This document shows, piece after piece, positions 46,326 to 54,814 of a stretch of 54,814 nt of DNA. The notes beneath the pieces were generated by a model. That model had not been told where the DNA came from, searched no databases, and worked only from the letters and a program-made list of their open reading frames with translations. A program made the translations under genes and the position numbers. Source of the stretch: Candidatus Micrarchaeota archaeon (GTDB lineage: Archaea; Micrarchaeota; Micrarchaeia; Norongarragalinales; SBBD01). Every line of letters starts with the position of its first letter. The first letter of the stretch is position 1. The stretch is taken from the NCBI GenBank assembly GCA_043806595.1, contig JAZDGU010000051.1:1-54814 (forward strand), read 5' to 3'.

Positions 46326-47840
46326 TCAAAGGTCCTCGAACTTGCGTTCGCCGCGGAGAAGCTGGAGCAGGATCGATTCCGCCTCGGAATGCCTGATGCG
46401 CGTCTGCTTCGTCGAGTCGCGGTCGCGCAGCGTCACCGTGCCGTCCTTGAGCGTGTCGTAGTCAATGGTCATGGCGAAGGGGATGCCGACCTCGTCGGCG
46501 CGCGCGTAGCGCTTGCCGATGCTGCCGCTGTCGTCGTATTCGACGGCGAACGTGGAAAGGAGCCCGAGGAAGATCTCCCTTGCCTTCTCCGCGAGGCCGT
46601 CCTTCTTCATCAGCGGGAAGACCGCGGCCTTGACCGGTGCGATCGCAGGGCGGAGGGCGAGGACGGTCTTGGAGCCGTCCTTGTCTGCCTTCTCGGTATA
46701 AGCGTCGAGGAGGACCGTTAAAAGGACGCGCTCGAGGCCGAACGACGGCTCAATGACGAACGGCACGACCTTCTTCTTGGTCTCCTCGTCGAAGTGGCTC
46801 AAGTCCTTGCCCGACTGCCTGCCGTGGCGCACGAGGTCGAAGTCTGTGCGGTTGGCGACGCCGAGAAGCTCCTTCCAGCCCCACGGGTAGAAGTATTCCA
46901 CGTCCCACGTCTCGCTGGAGTAGTGGGACAGCTCCGTCTTGACGTGCTGGCGCAGGCGGAGTCGTTCCAAGCCGATGCCGACGCCCTCGAGCCAGCGCAG
47001 GGAATAGGCGAGCCAGTATGCGTGCCATTTCGTCTTCACGAGCTTCCTCTGGAGAAGGTCTGCGATGCGCATCTTCTGGGGCTGCTGCTTGGAGTCCTGC
47101 ATTTCCGCGGTGAGCACGAGGATCTCGAGGCCGGCGAGCGCCTCCGGGATTGCGCAGACGTCCATCTTCTCCGGGTGTATGAAATACTCCAGCTCCATCT
47201 GCACGAATTCGCGGCACCGGAAGACGAAGTTGCGGGGGCTTATCTCGTTCCGAAACGCCTTGCCGATTTGCGCGATGCCGAAGGGCAGCTTGAGGCGCGA
47301 GGACATCTGCACCTGCCTGAAGTCCGCGAAAATCAGCTGGGCGGTCTCCGGTCGGAGGAACGCGGCGTCGTCCTCCCCGGCCGCTGCGCCCACGTTCGTC
47401 TTGAACATGAGGTTGAACGGCTGGGAAATGCGGAGCCCTTCCTTGCACTTGGGGCACTTGAGGCCGTGCTTCTCCAGCAGCGTTGAGAGTTCGGCAGCTT
47501 TCATGCCATCAACGGACAGCCCGAGCTCCTCCTCGACGAGGTGGTCCAGACGGAACTTCGACTTGCACTTGGCGCATTCCACGAGCGGGTCGTTGAACTC
47601 CTCCAGGTGCCCCGAGGCCTTCCAGACCTCGGGCGAGGTGATTATGGCGCCGTCGATGCCGACGACGTCCTCGCGGCTGCTCACGAACGCCGTCCACCAG
47701 CTGTTCTCGAGGCTTCGCTTGAGCTCCGTGCCGTAGTCGCCGTAGTCGAAGAAGCCCGCGAACGAGCCGTATATCTCCGCTGTGGGGAAGATTATCCCGC
47801 GGCGCGCGCACAAACTGACGACCTCGTCCATCTTGTCCAT
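46326..47840 (-). CDS. glyS: Glycine-tRNA ligase (alpha2 type)
   Basis: WKASGH, FNLMF, LRPETAQ, FRNEISPR, VIEPSFG, SIGKRYARADE. Confidence 0.96.
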   Translation of the reverse strand: MDKMDEVVSLCARRGIIFPTAEIYGSFAGFFDYGDYGTELKRSLENSWWTAFVSSREDVVGIDGAIITSPEVWKASGHLEEFNDPLVECAKCKSKFRLDHLVEEELGLSVDGMKAAELSTLLEKHGLKCPKCKEGLRISQPFNLMFKTNVGAAAGEDDAAFLRPETAQLIFADFRQVQMSSRLKLPFGIAQIGKAFRNEISPRNFVFRCREFVQMELEYFIHPEKMDVCAIPEALAGLEILVLTAEMQDSKQQPQKMRIADLLQRKLVKTKWHAYWLAYSLRWLEGVGIGLERLRLRQHVKTELSHYSSETWDVEYFYPWGWKELLGVANRTDFDLVRHGRQSGKDLSHFDEETKKKVVPFVIEPSFGLERVLLTVLLDAYTEKADKDGSKTVLALRPAIAPVKAAVFPLMKKDGLAEKAREIFLGLLSTFAVEYDDSGSIGKRYARADEVGIPFAMTIDYDTLKDGTVTLRDRDSTKQTRIRHSEAESILLQLLRGERKFEDL

Positions 47841-47868
47841 AGGCAAGTGGTTTTGACGCCGGGAGATT

Positions 47869-49167
47869 TTAAAGGCCTTTCCCGAATGACGGGCGCGCAC
47901 TGCCGACGGCGTAGAGCGAGCCGGCGACGACCACCGCGCCGGCTGGTCCCGCGAGCAAAATTCCGCGCGAAACGGCCTTGGCAACGCTGATGACGACCTC
48001 GACGTTCTTGCAGCCGGCCTTCCGAGCCTCCGCGGCAAGCAATGCTGGTTCTGCCGCGCGCGCGGATTCCGGCCTGCAGAAGATTATGCGCGAGGCAAGG
48101 GGGGCCAGTATGGAAATCATCCTCGGGAAGTCCTTGTCGGCCAGCATTCCCAGCACGAGCACGGGCCTGCGGCCGGGGAGGAGGTCCCTTATCGCGGCGG
48201 CTAGGGCTCGGGCCCCGTGCGGGTTGTGCGCGCCGTCGAGGACGACCAAGGGCCTGCGGCGCACGACCTCTAGCCTGCCGGGCCATCGGGCGTTGAGGAC
48301 GCCCGCACGGACCGCGGTCTCAGGGATTTTGAATCCGAGCCCCCGGAAGCGCTCGACTGCAGCTATCGCGCACGAGGCGTTGGAGGCCTGATGGCGTCCC
48401 AGCAAAGAGGAGCGCAGGCCTGCGTAATCGTTCTCCCCGCGGTAGTCGAATTCAGTGCCTTCGAGGGTTGCGGATTGCAGGCCGAACGAGAAATCCCGGC
48501 CAAGTTCCTTCAGGGAGGCGCGGTTTTTGCGGCAGGCGGCGCGGATTTGGGCGAGGGCGGAGGGCTGCACGCAGCCCGTGACGGCGCGCGCGCCGGGCTT
48601 GATTATGCCCGCCTTCTCGCGCGCGATGGCGGATATGCTTGGGCCGAGCTCGGCGGTGTGCTCGAGGCCGGCGTTGGTGATGAGCGCCACACGGGCGTTG
48701 ACAACGTTCGTTGCGTCGAGCCTGCCGCCGAGGCCGGCCTCCAGGACGAGGAAGTCGAGGTTGCGGCGCTGGAAGTGTAGCAAGGCCGCCGAGGTCAGGG
48801 CTTCGAAAGTGCTCGGCGTCAATGCGTCGGTTTTCCGCATTTTTTTTACGGCGTCAGCTGTCTCGGCTACGGAGGCTGCAAATTCGGAATCGGTTATCTG
48901 CCTGCCGTTCACGCTGATGCGCTCGTTGTAGCGCCGCAGGTGCGGGGAGGTGTAGGTGCCGACGGAGTAGCCGGAGCGGCGCAGGATTTCGGAGGCGAAG
49001 GCGCAGGAGGAGCCCTTGCCGTTGGTGCCGGCGACGTGCAGGACCTCGCAGCGCAGGTCGATTCCGAGCAGGGAGTACAGCCTTCTCGGGGTCTCGAGGC
49101 TCCACTCGGCCGGGGAAGGCAGGGACTCGATGAATGAGACCGCCTGCGGGTAAGAGAGGGAAGCCAA
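47869..49167 (-). CDS. folC: Folylpolyglutamate/dihydrofolate synthase
   Basis: HVAGTNGKGS, TSPHL, EAGLGGRLDATN, EKAGIIK, WPGRLE, DGAHN, GSLY. Confidence 0.94.
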   Translation of the reverse strand: MASLSYPQAVSFIESLPSPAEWSLETPRRLYSLLGIDLRCEVLHVAGTNGKGSSCAFASEILRRSGYSVGTYTSPHLRRYNERISVNGRQITDSEFAASVAETADAVKKMRKTDALTPSTFEALTSAALLHFQRRNLDFLVLEAGLGGRLDATNVVNARVALITNAGLEHTAELGPSISAIAREKAGIIKPGARAVTGCVQPSALAQIRAACRKNRASLKELGRDFSFGLQSATLEGTEFDYRGENDYAGLRSSLLGRHQASNASCAIAAVERFRGLGFKIPETAVRAGVLNARWPGRLEVVRRRPLVVLDGAHNPHGARALAAAIRDLLPGRRPVLVLGMLADKDFPRMISILAPLASRIIFCRPESARAAEPALLAAEARKAGCKNVEVVISVAKAVSRGILLAGPAGAVVVAGSLYAVGSARPSFGKGL

Positions 49168-49176
49168 GGGGTGAAT

Positions 49177-49494
49177 TCACCTGAAGTCGTGGAGGATTGA
49201 TTCGAAGCCCGCGATTTTGTTGCCGCGCACTTTCACGCCGTCGGCCTCCAGCCTCCGGATTTTTTCGCTCGTGCCGAGGGCATAGCCGCCGATCCTGCCG
49301 TCGCTGCGGACTACCTTGTAGCACGGGAACTCGTCCGGCCTGCTGTTGCCGTGGAGCGCGTTGCCGACTGCGCGGAAACCGTTGGTGCCAAGCCTGCGGG
49401 CGACGAGCCTATAAGTCGTCACCTTCCCCCTCGGAATTTCCTTGAGCAGGCGGAGGACCCTTTCGGAAAAACTCGGGCGGCGCAAGATTCTCAC
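49177..49494 (-). CDS. ogt: O6-methylguanine-DNA methyltransferase (catalytic domain only)
   Basis: IPRGKVTTY, RAVGNAL, PCYKVV (active Cys), LEADG. Confidence 0.88.
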   Translation of the reverse strand: MRILRRPSFSERVLRLLKEIPRGKVTTYRLVARRLGTNGFRAVGNALHGNSRPDEFPCYKVVRSDGRIGGYALGTSEKIRRLEADGVKVRGNKIAGFESILHDFR

Positions 49495-49505
49495 CTTCCG
49501 GTTCG

Positions 49506-50153
49506 TCAGTCGCGCGAGAGCGTGCGCATGCCCAGCCAGAGCAGCGCGCCTAGGAAGAACACCGCGATTATCGCGACTACGTACTTCGAGGAATCGTTCT
49601 CCAGCTCCTTGGCTATGTCGGGGAACGCGTTCACCGGCGGGGGCGTGGGGGTGACGACTTGGGGCGGCGTAACGGGCGGCGTGACGACGGGCGGCGGGGT
49701 CGCTGTGGATTCAAGAGGAGGGCGGAAGCGGACATTTACCCACAGCCGCATGGACGAGAACACGTTCGGGTTGTCTGCGTCGGTGATTCTGATGGTGGCG
49801 CTCACGTCGTCGTAGGGGGGCGTGGGCACCGCCTTGAGGAAGGCCTCGGCGTCCTTCCAGCCGAGGCCTGTCTCGGCGCTCGCCGGAACGAAGGAAAGGT
49901 CCGCGCCCGTGCCGTTGACGTCGACGACGGAGAAAAGCACGGTGCAGCCTGCGAGGTTCCCGCTGGTTGCATCGCCCTCGATGTAGACCTTGAAGGGCTC
50001 GCTAGCGCCCTCGGAATCGTCGACGGATACCGTGAGGTTCGGGGAATACGGCCGGATGCCGAGCGGATATCCGTCCTTGACGAAGCTCTTGCAGTCCGCG
50101 GACGCGAGCGCCACGAACGGCAGGAGCAGCAGGAGTGCGAGGGCCTTGCGCAT
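49506..50153 (-). CDS. Secreted protein with Pro/Thr linker and C-terminal TM anchor
   Basis: Signal peptide, TPPPVVTPPVTPP, C-terminal TM helix. Confidence 0.8.
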   Translation of the reverse strand: MRKALALLLLLPFVALASADCKSFVKDGYPLGIRPYSPNLTVSVDDSEGASEPFKVYIEGDATSGNLAGCTVLFSVVDVNGTGADLSFVPASAETGLGWKDAEAFLKAVPTPPYDDVSATIRITDADNPNVFSSMRLWVNVRFRPPLESTATPPPVVTPPVTPPQVVTPTPPPVNAFPDIAKELENDSSKYVVAIIAVFFLGALLWLGMRTLSRD

Positions 50154-50201
50154 TGCGATTCACGAAGAATTGATCTTGAGTCGAATACACGGAGGGGGGA
50201 G

Positions 50202-52091
50202 TTAAAAAACAGGGCGCTTGGAAAGGAACGGGCTCAAGGACAGCGGCTCGAAGGGCTTGCCCGAGCATTCGCCGCGAAGCACCTGCCCCAGCTTCTGGGC
50301 CGGCATCGTCTCCTGCCTGCCCTCGGCGCGAACGCGCACGCTCAGCTCGCCGGACTGGACCTCCTTGTCGCCGACCACCGCTATGAACGGCACCCACTCG
50401 CGCTCGGCGTCGCGCACCTTCTTCGGTAAAGTCTCGGCGCGGTCGTCGACGTCCGCGCGCACGCCGGAGAGTTCGGGGGAGGCCAGAAGCGTCTTGCAGT
50501 GGGGGAGGTGCTTGTCGCTGACCGGCACGAGCCGGACCTGAGTCGGCGAGAGCCAGAGCGGCAGAGTGGGGGGCTTGCCCTTCTCAGAGAGCATCGCCTC
50601 GCGCTCTAGGAGGGCGTAAATCACGCGCTCGACGGCTCCCGGTATGGATGCGTGCAGGATGAGCGGGTGCATCTTCTTCCCCGAGGCGTCAGTGTAGTTC
50701 AGGTCGAAGGTCTCGCCGTTCTCGACGTCGATCTGCACGGTGCTCATGCCGGCGGCCTTGCCCGCGCCGTCGACGAAGTTCATCTCGAACTTTGTGACGA
50801 AGTAGGCGTACCTGCGGTCGAAAACCTCGAGCAGCGCGGGCTTGCCGGTGCGCTCGAGCATGGAGTAGTACCACTGCCGGTTCTCCTCGAAGAAGTCCTT
50901 CTGTACGCGGAACGCGAGCTCCACGGGAATGCCCAAATCCTCGTTCCAGCGGCGGCAGAGCTCGAACTGGCGCTCGAACTCCAGCTTGGCCATGCCGATG
51001 TCGCTGCAGAGAGTGTGCATGTCGGGCATGGAGAACGCGCGCAGGCGCTTAAGACCGGCGAGCTCCCCGCTCTGCTCGCGCCTGAAGCTGTAGTGGGTGA
51101 GCTCGTAGATTTTCAAGGGAAGGTCCTTGTAGGAAATGGTCATGTCGTGGACCGCGAGGAACTGGCCGAAGCATGCCGCGAACCGCAGGAAGAAGTTCTT
51201 GTCGTCGCTCTTGACGGTGTACTGGCGCGCGGGGAAGCGGTTGAGGTACTTGCTCAGCGCGGGGTGCGCGTAGTCATACATTATGGGCGTCTCGACCTGC
51301 ATCGCGCCGTATTCCACGAGGAGGTCGGTGACGTGGCGCTCGATGAGCTTCTTGACGAGCAGGCCCTTCGGGAGCCAGCGGAACTGGCCGCTGTCGCTCG
51401 CCGGCTCGTAGTTCGCGAGGGCGTGCTCCTTCATTATGCGGATGTGCGGCGGCTCCTTGGCGTAGGCCCGGACCTTTCGGACCTCGTAGTCCGCGAAGGC
51501 CTTGAGGCCCGGGTGGGCCGAGAAGTCGAACTTGTCCGGCGCGGCGGCGGCGGCGCCAGGGGAGATGATGAAGAACTCGCTGTGCGTCTCGGACTCCTGC
51601 TTGAGGGACTCCGACACCGCCTCCTCCTGCACCTCCCTGATTTCGGGGGCCTCGAGGTTCTGCAGCTGTTCCTCGGAGATGGTCTTGCTTAGCTCGGACA
51701 GCGGGTGCCCCTTGCATTTGAGCTCGAAGCTCTTGTACCATCCGAACGGGCTCTTCTCCGCGGAAGGGGTGAAGGTCCTGATTTCGACCAGCAGGGCGTT
51801 GAGCACGTTTACGGCATCCGCCGGCTTTGCCAGATTGCTCGAAAGGTGGGCGTAGGGATACAGGAGAACGGTCGAGGCCTTTACCTCGCCGAAGTTCTTG
51901 CGCACGGCCTCCGCTGCCTTTGCTGCGGTCTGCGCAGTGTCGCCGTGCTCGACGCTGGCGAAAACCGCGAGCACGTTCTCGTATCGGTGCTGCCGCATGT
52001 CCTCCGCGGAGAGCTCCTCGTAGCCCGACTTCATCGCCTTCCTCTCGGGCTTGTACTGCATGTAGTCGCAATGGAGCTGCAGGAGTCTCAT
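50202..52091 (-). CDS. thrS: Threonine-tRNA ligase, archaeal type
   Basis: Editing domain YPYAHLS..PFGWYK..KGHPLSELS; LRFAACFG; FSMPDMH; LPLWLSPTQVR. Confidence 0.97.
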   Translation of the reverse strand: MRLLQLHCDYMQYKPERKAMKSGYEELSAEDMRQHRYENVLAVFASVEHGDTAQTAAKAAEAVRKNFGEVKASTVLLYPYAHLSSNLAKPADAVNVLNALLVEIRTFTPSAEKSPFGWYKSFELKCKGHPLSELSKTISEEQLQNLEAPEIREVQEEAVSESLKQESETHSEFFIISPGAAAAAPDKFDFSAHPGLKAFADYEVRKVRAYAKEPPHIRIMKEHALANYEPASDSGQFRWLPKGLLVKKLIERHVTDLLVEYGAMQVETPIMYDYAHPALSKYLNRFPARQYTVKSDDKNFFLRFAACFGQFLAVHDMTISYKDLPLKIYELTHYSFRREQSGELAGLKRLRAFSMPDMHTLCSDIGMAKLEFERQFELCRRWNEDLGIPVELAFRVQKDFFEENRQWYYSMLERTGKPALLEVFDRRYAYFVTKFEMNFVDGAGKAAGMSTVQIDVENGETFDLNYTDASGKKMHPLILHASIPGAVERVIYALLEREAMLSEKGKPPTLPLWLSPTQVRLVPVSDKHLPHCKTLLASPELSGVRADVDDRAETLPKKVRDAEREWVPFIAVVGDKEVQSGELSVRVRAEGRQETMPAQKLGQVLRGECSGKPFEPLSLSPFLSKRPVF

Positions 52092-52167
52092 GCCGGATCG
52101 ACGGGGTTATTGGTCAGGCGAGGTTAAAAAAAGCGACCGTCGGCGGCCGGATGCGCCTTCGCGGGCT

Positions 52168-52716
52168 TCACTCGGATTGTCTGGAGCCCTTGGCCGCCAA
52201 ATCGGAAAGCGCGATGTTGGTGGTATCGCCGGCTTTCCTGAAAAACCAGTTGGCGAGCTTCAAATTGTGCCCGGCCTTCGACCGCCACTTCATTTCCGGC
52301 CCTACAAGAATAAAAGCGGCGGCATACTTCTGGGCAAGCAGGCCCGCGGTGCGGTAGTCTTCCGGCTGCATTTTCGGCATCGAATAATACTTCAAAACCG
52401 CCATGTACGCCCGGTTTGCCTTGCTCCCCGGCCGCCGTACAAGCTCGGCTCGCAAATCTTGCGTCTCCAAGGACCGGGAAAGCTTCCGCAGAATCCTGAA
52501 GCGGGAGGTTTTGATGGTATTGCGGGTCAAGGACATTCCCCAGGACTCCTTCGACTCCGGCTTGCCCGCCCCGAATTTGCGATTGAGATTGAACCTGCGC
52601 CGTTCCATGCGGGCCAAAAGCCCGTCCAAATACTCGATGCGGTCGATGTGCGAGCCGAGCGGCCGGAGCTTCCTCTCGATTTGCGCAACGGTCATGCGTT
52701 CGCGTCCCGCCACCAT
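52168..52716 (-). CDS. Arg/Lys-rich orphan protein (182 aa)
   Basis: TTTTATAAA box about 35-45 nt upstream, SD GGTGGT, ATG 52716; helical and strongly basic. Confidence 0.65.
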   Translation of the reverse strand: MVAGRERMTVAQIERKLRPLGSHIDRIEYLDGLLARMERRRFNLNRKFGAGKPESKESWGMSLTRNTIKTSRFRILRKLSRSLETQDLRAELVRRPGSKANRAYMAVLKYYSMPKMQPEDYRTAGLLAQKYAAAFILVGPEMKWRSKAGHNLKLANWFFRKAGDTTNIALSDLAAKGSRQSE

Positions 52717-52766
52717 AAGACCACCAGCAAACGGTTCATCCCAGCCCGAGTTTATAAAACGGGGGG

Positions 52767-53060
52767 TCAGGGCTTGGCAGCTGCCGAGTGGGCCGCGACG
52801 GCCTGCAGGTACAGTATGTAAGACAGCCCCAGCACGAGCGCGAGAGTGAAGCCGACGAAAAGCCCCTTCCTGCTCACGGGAAGGCCGGGCCTGAGCCGGA
52901 AGAGCAGCCATGCGAGGGCGTACGGGAGGACTGGAAGAAGCAGGAGGGGAAACGCCGGGAAGAAACGCGCGGACAGGAACGAGAGGAGCCACAGCAACGG
53001 CAGGTATGACACGAGGCCGGCGACGAAGCCGACGAGCGCCTCTTTGCGGAACAACGCCAT
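52767..53060 (-). CDS. Small three-TM membrane protein
   Basis: Three hydrophobic helices; SD GGTGA overlapping the ABCE1 stop. Confidence 0.7.
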   Translation of the reverse strand: MALFRKEALVGFVAGLVSYLPLLWLLSFLSARFFPAFPLLLLPVLPYALAWLLFRLRPGLPVSRKGLFVGFTLALVLGLSYILYLQAVAAHSAAAKP

Positions 53061-53070
53061 TGCGGGGGGG

Positions 53071-54813
53071 TCACCGCTCTATGTACTTGCCGCTGCCTTT
53101 CAGTTCGGCGTCCTTCTTGCTGCCCTTCTTGTTCAGTTTCAGCCGCCTGCTCTCGCCGTCCCTGCGGTAGGAGAGGTCGAACTGGCGCATCAGCATCCGG
53201 ATGCCCTCGTCCTTGTCGAAGATGCCGGCGACCCTGCCCTCGACTGCGGGAACGCCCTCCATGACGACGACGCGGTCGACGGTGTTGTAGAGGAACTCGA
53301 GGTCGTGGTCGACGACAAGCACCGCGGACAAGCCTTGTGCCCGTTCGCGCACGACTTTGGAGAGGGTAATGCGCGCAGAGGCGTCGAGCATGTTCGTCGG
53401 CTCGTCGAGGATGTAGAGCGATTTCTCCTGGTTGAGGCACTCGAAGACCTTGAGGCGCTGCAGCTGGCCGCCGCTCAAGTCCGACTGCCGCAGGAACTCT
53501 AGGCGCCGCAGATCCATCGTCTTGAGCGCGTTCTCGGGGAATATCCCGCTGGCGGAAAGGCTCTCGCCGACAAGCTGGTGTGAACGGTCGAGCAGCTGCG
53601 GCTTGAACGCGGCGCGGCCCGACGAATGCAAAAAAACGCTCTCGCAGAGCGCGCTTTTGCCGATGCCGTTTGGTCCCGCAATGCCGACGACCTCGCCCTC
53701 GAGGAGACTGATTTGCGAGGGGTTGCGGACGACGAACGCGCCCTTGCTCGCCTCCATCGCGCCGATGCTGTAGGCCTCGCGCTTGTGCTCGGACTCCGGG
53801 TACTGGCGGTAGCTTATGGCCTCGTCCCTGAACCGGACGTTCTCGGGTCCGATGAAGCCCTCGAGGAACATGTTGACGGCGCGGTCCGTGGAATACACCT
53901 GCGAGACTATGCCGTACGCCGACTCCCTGCCGTAGAGGATGTACGACTGCATGCAGACGTAGGAAAGCAGCGAGAGGTCGTGGTCCACGAGAAGGACGCG
54001 CTTTTCGGAGAAATGCTCCTTCAAAAATTCGGTCAGCCGGATGCGGTAGACGTAGTCGAGGAACGAGAACGGCTCGTCCAGGAAGTAGTTCTCCTTGTCG
54101 CGCGCGAGCGCCGCGGCGACTACCACGCGCTGGAGCTCGCCTCCTGAGAGCTGGCCGAGACTGCGCTGCAGGAGTTTTTCGAGGTCGAACAGCTTGACGA
54201 GGTCGGCGAGCCTGCCGGACTCGTCGACGCCCTCAAGCAGCTCCCCGACGGACTTCGATTCCTTGGGTGCGGCGAGCTCCTGCGGCTTGACTACGAAGCT
54301 CCCCCTGCCGCCGCGGAAGAATTCCTCGATTTCCTTGGTCGGCGTGCGCTGGGGCTCGAGGAGGCCGGCAAGCAGCCTGACGTTCGTGGTCTTGCCGCAG
54401 CCGTTTTCTCCGACGATTGCGGTCAGGCCCTTCTTCGGCAGCGCCAGCCGGTAGAGCCCGAAGGAGTTGTAGCCGTAGCTGTAGACCAAATCCTCGGGCT
54501 TTGCCTCGGCTAGGTTGATGATGGTCAGCGCGTGGAAGGGGCAGACCTTGGGGCAGATGCCGCAGCCGGTGCAGAGCTCGGGGTCGACCTCGGCGAGGCC
54601 GTTCTCCCGCTCTTCCCTCGAGTATTCGCGCTTGGTGACGTGGACGGGCGCCTGCTCGATTGCGCCGTCGTGGCCCTTCGCCTTGGCCTTCTTCCTGTCG
54701 TAGAGGTAGAGGCAGTCCTTGCCGACGCGGTTGATCGGGCAGCCGCGGACGCACTCGATGTTGCACTTCAAGGGGAAGCACAGCCTCTCGTCCACGACGG
54801 CGATTCTGGGCAT
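53071..54813 (-). CDS. abce1: ABCE1/Rli1 ribosome-recycling ATPase (divergent)
   Basis: N-terminal Fe-S domain (C..C...C...CP; C.GCGIC.KVCPF), two NBDs with LSGGELQR and LSGGQLQR, YRRD..R.KLNK.GS.KD tail. Confidence 0.92.
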   Translation of the reverse strand: MPRIAVVDERLCFPLKCNIECVRGCPINRVGKDCLYLYDRKKAKAKGHDGAIEQAPVHVTKREYSREERENGLAEVDPELCTGCGICPKVCPFHALTIINLAEAKPEDLVYSYGYNSFGLYRLALPKKGLTAIVGENGCGKTTNVRLLAGLLEPQRTPTKEIEEFFRGGRGSFVVKPQELAAPKESKSVGELLEGVDESGRLADLVKLFDLEKLLQRSLGQLSGGELQRVVVAAALARDKENYFLDEPFSFLDYVYRIRLTEFLKEHFSEKRVLLVDHDLSLLSYVCMQSYILYGRESAYGIVSQVYSTDRAVNMFLEGFIGPENVRFRDEAISYRQYPESEHKREAYSIGAMEASKGAFVVRNPSQISLLEGEVVGIAGPNGIGKSALCESVFLHSSGRAAFKPQLLDRSHQLVGESLSASGIFPENALKTMDLRRLEFLRQSDLSGGQLQRLKVFECLNQEKSLYILDEPTNMLDASARITLSKVVRERAQGLSAVLVVDHDLEFLYNTVDRVVVMEGVPAVEGRVAGIFDKDEGIRMLMRQFDLSYRRDGESRRLKLNKKGSKKDAELKGSGKYIER

Positions 54814-54814
54814 A

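Overview
Archaeal chromosomal window with a GC-rich backbone (sampled 60-nt lines 60-70% GC). It carries archaeal-type TFB, TFE, ThrRS, ABCE1, PsmB, aCPSF1/FttA and rpS8e. The gene content (giant Asn-rich surface proteins, short basic orphans, few metabolic genes) suggests a DPANN lineage, probably Micrarchaeota-like; this taxonomy is inference. Positions 1-16.7 kb are a cell-surface locus: a >1200-aa Ig-like repeat protein with a class III-like signal peptide that runs off the left edge and is missing from the ORF track, a 199-aa secreted protein, a membrane-anchored coiled-coil protein, MinD/ParA, a ~2058-aa membrane-anchored protein whose distal domain is a low-GC patch, and a divergent low-GC beta-helix/LamG adhesin. 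A ~610-nt non-coding gap follows, with three copies of a CATAC-N7-GTATR palindrome. Positions 17-55 kb are mostly housekeeping genes (XPD, RFC-L, YchF-like GTPase, DHS, DEAD-box helicase, Nth, Trk, proteasome beta, aCPSF1, tRNA-iMet, TFE, AglB-like, Cgi121-like, S8e, Gar1, TFB, CYTH, NADK, GlyRS, FolC, MGMT, ThrRS, ABCE1). Interspersed among them are two pilin-like genes, single Arg-rich orphan genes, a 48-aa SWIB-like protein, a HerA-like protein with a degenerate Walker A, a duplicated tRNA 3' end and several structured leaders. I saw no CRISPR array, rRNA, integrase, transposase or reverse transcriptase. All family calls come from motif recognition by eye; no searches were run.
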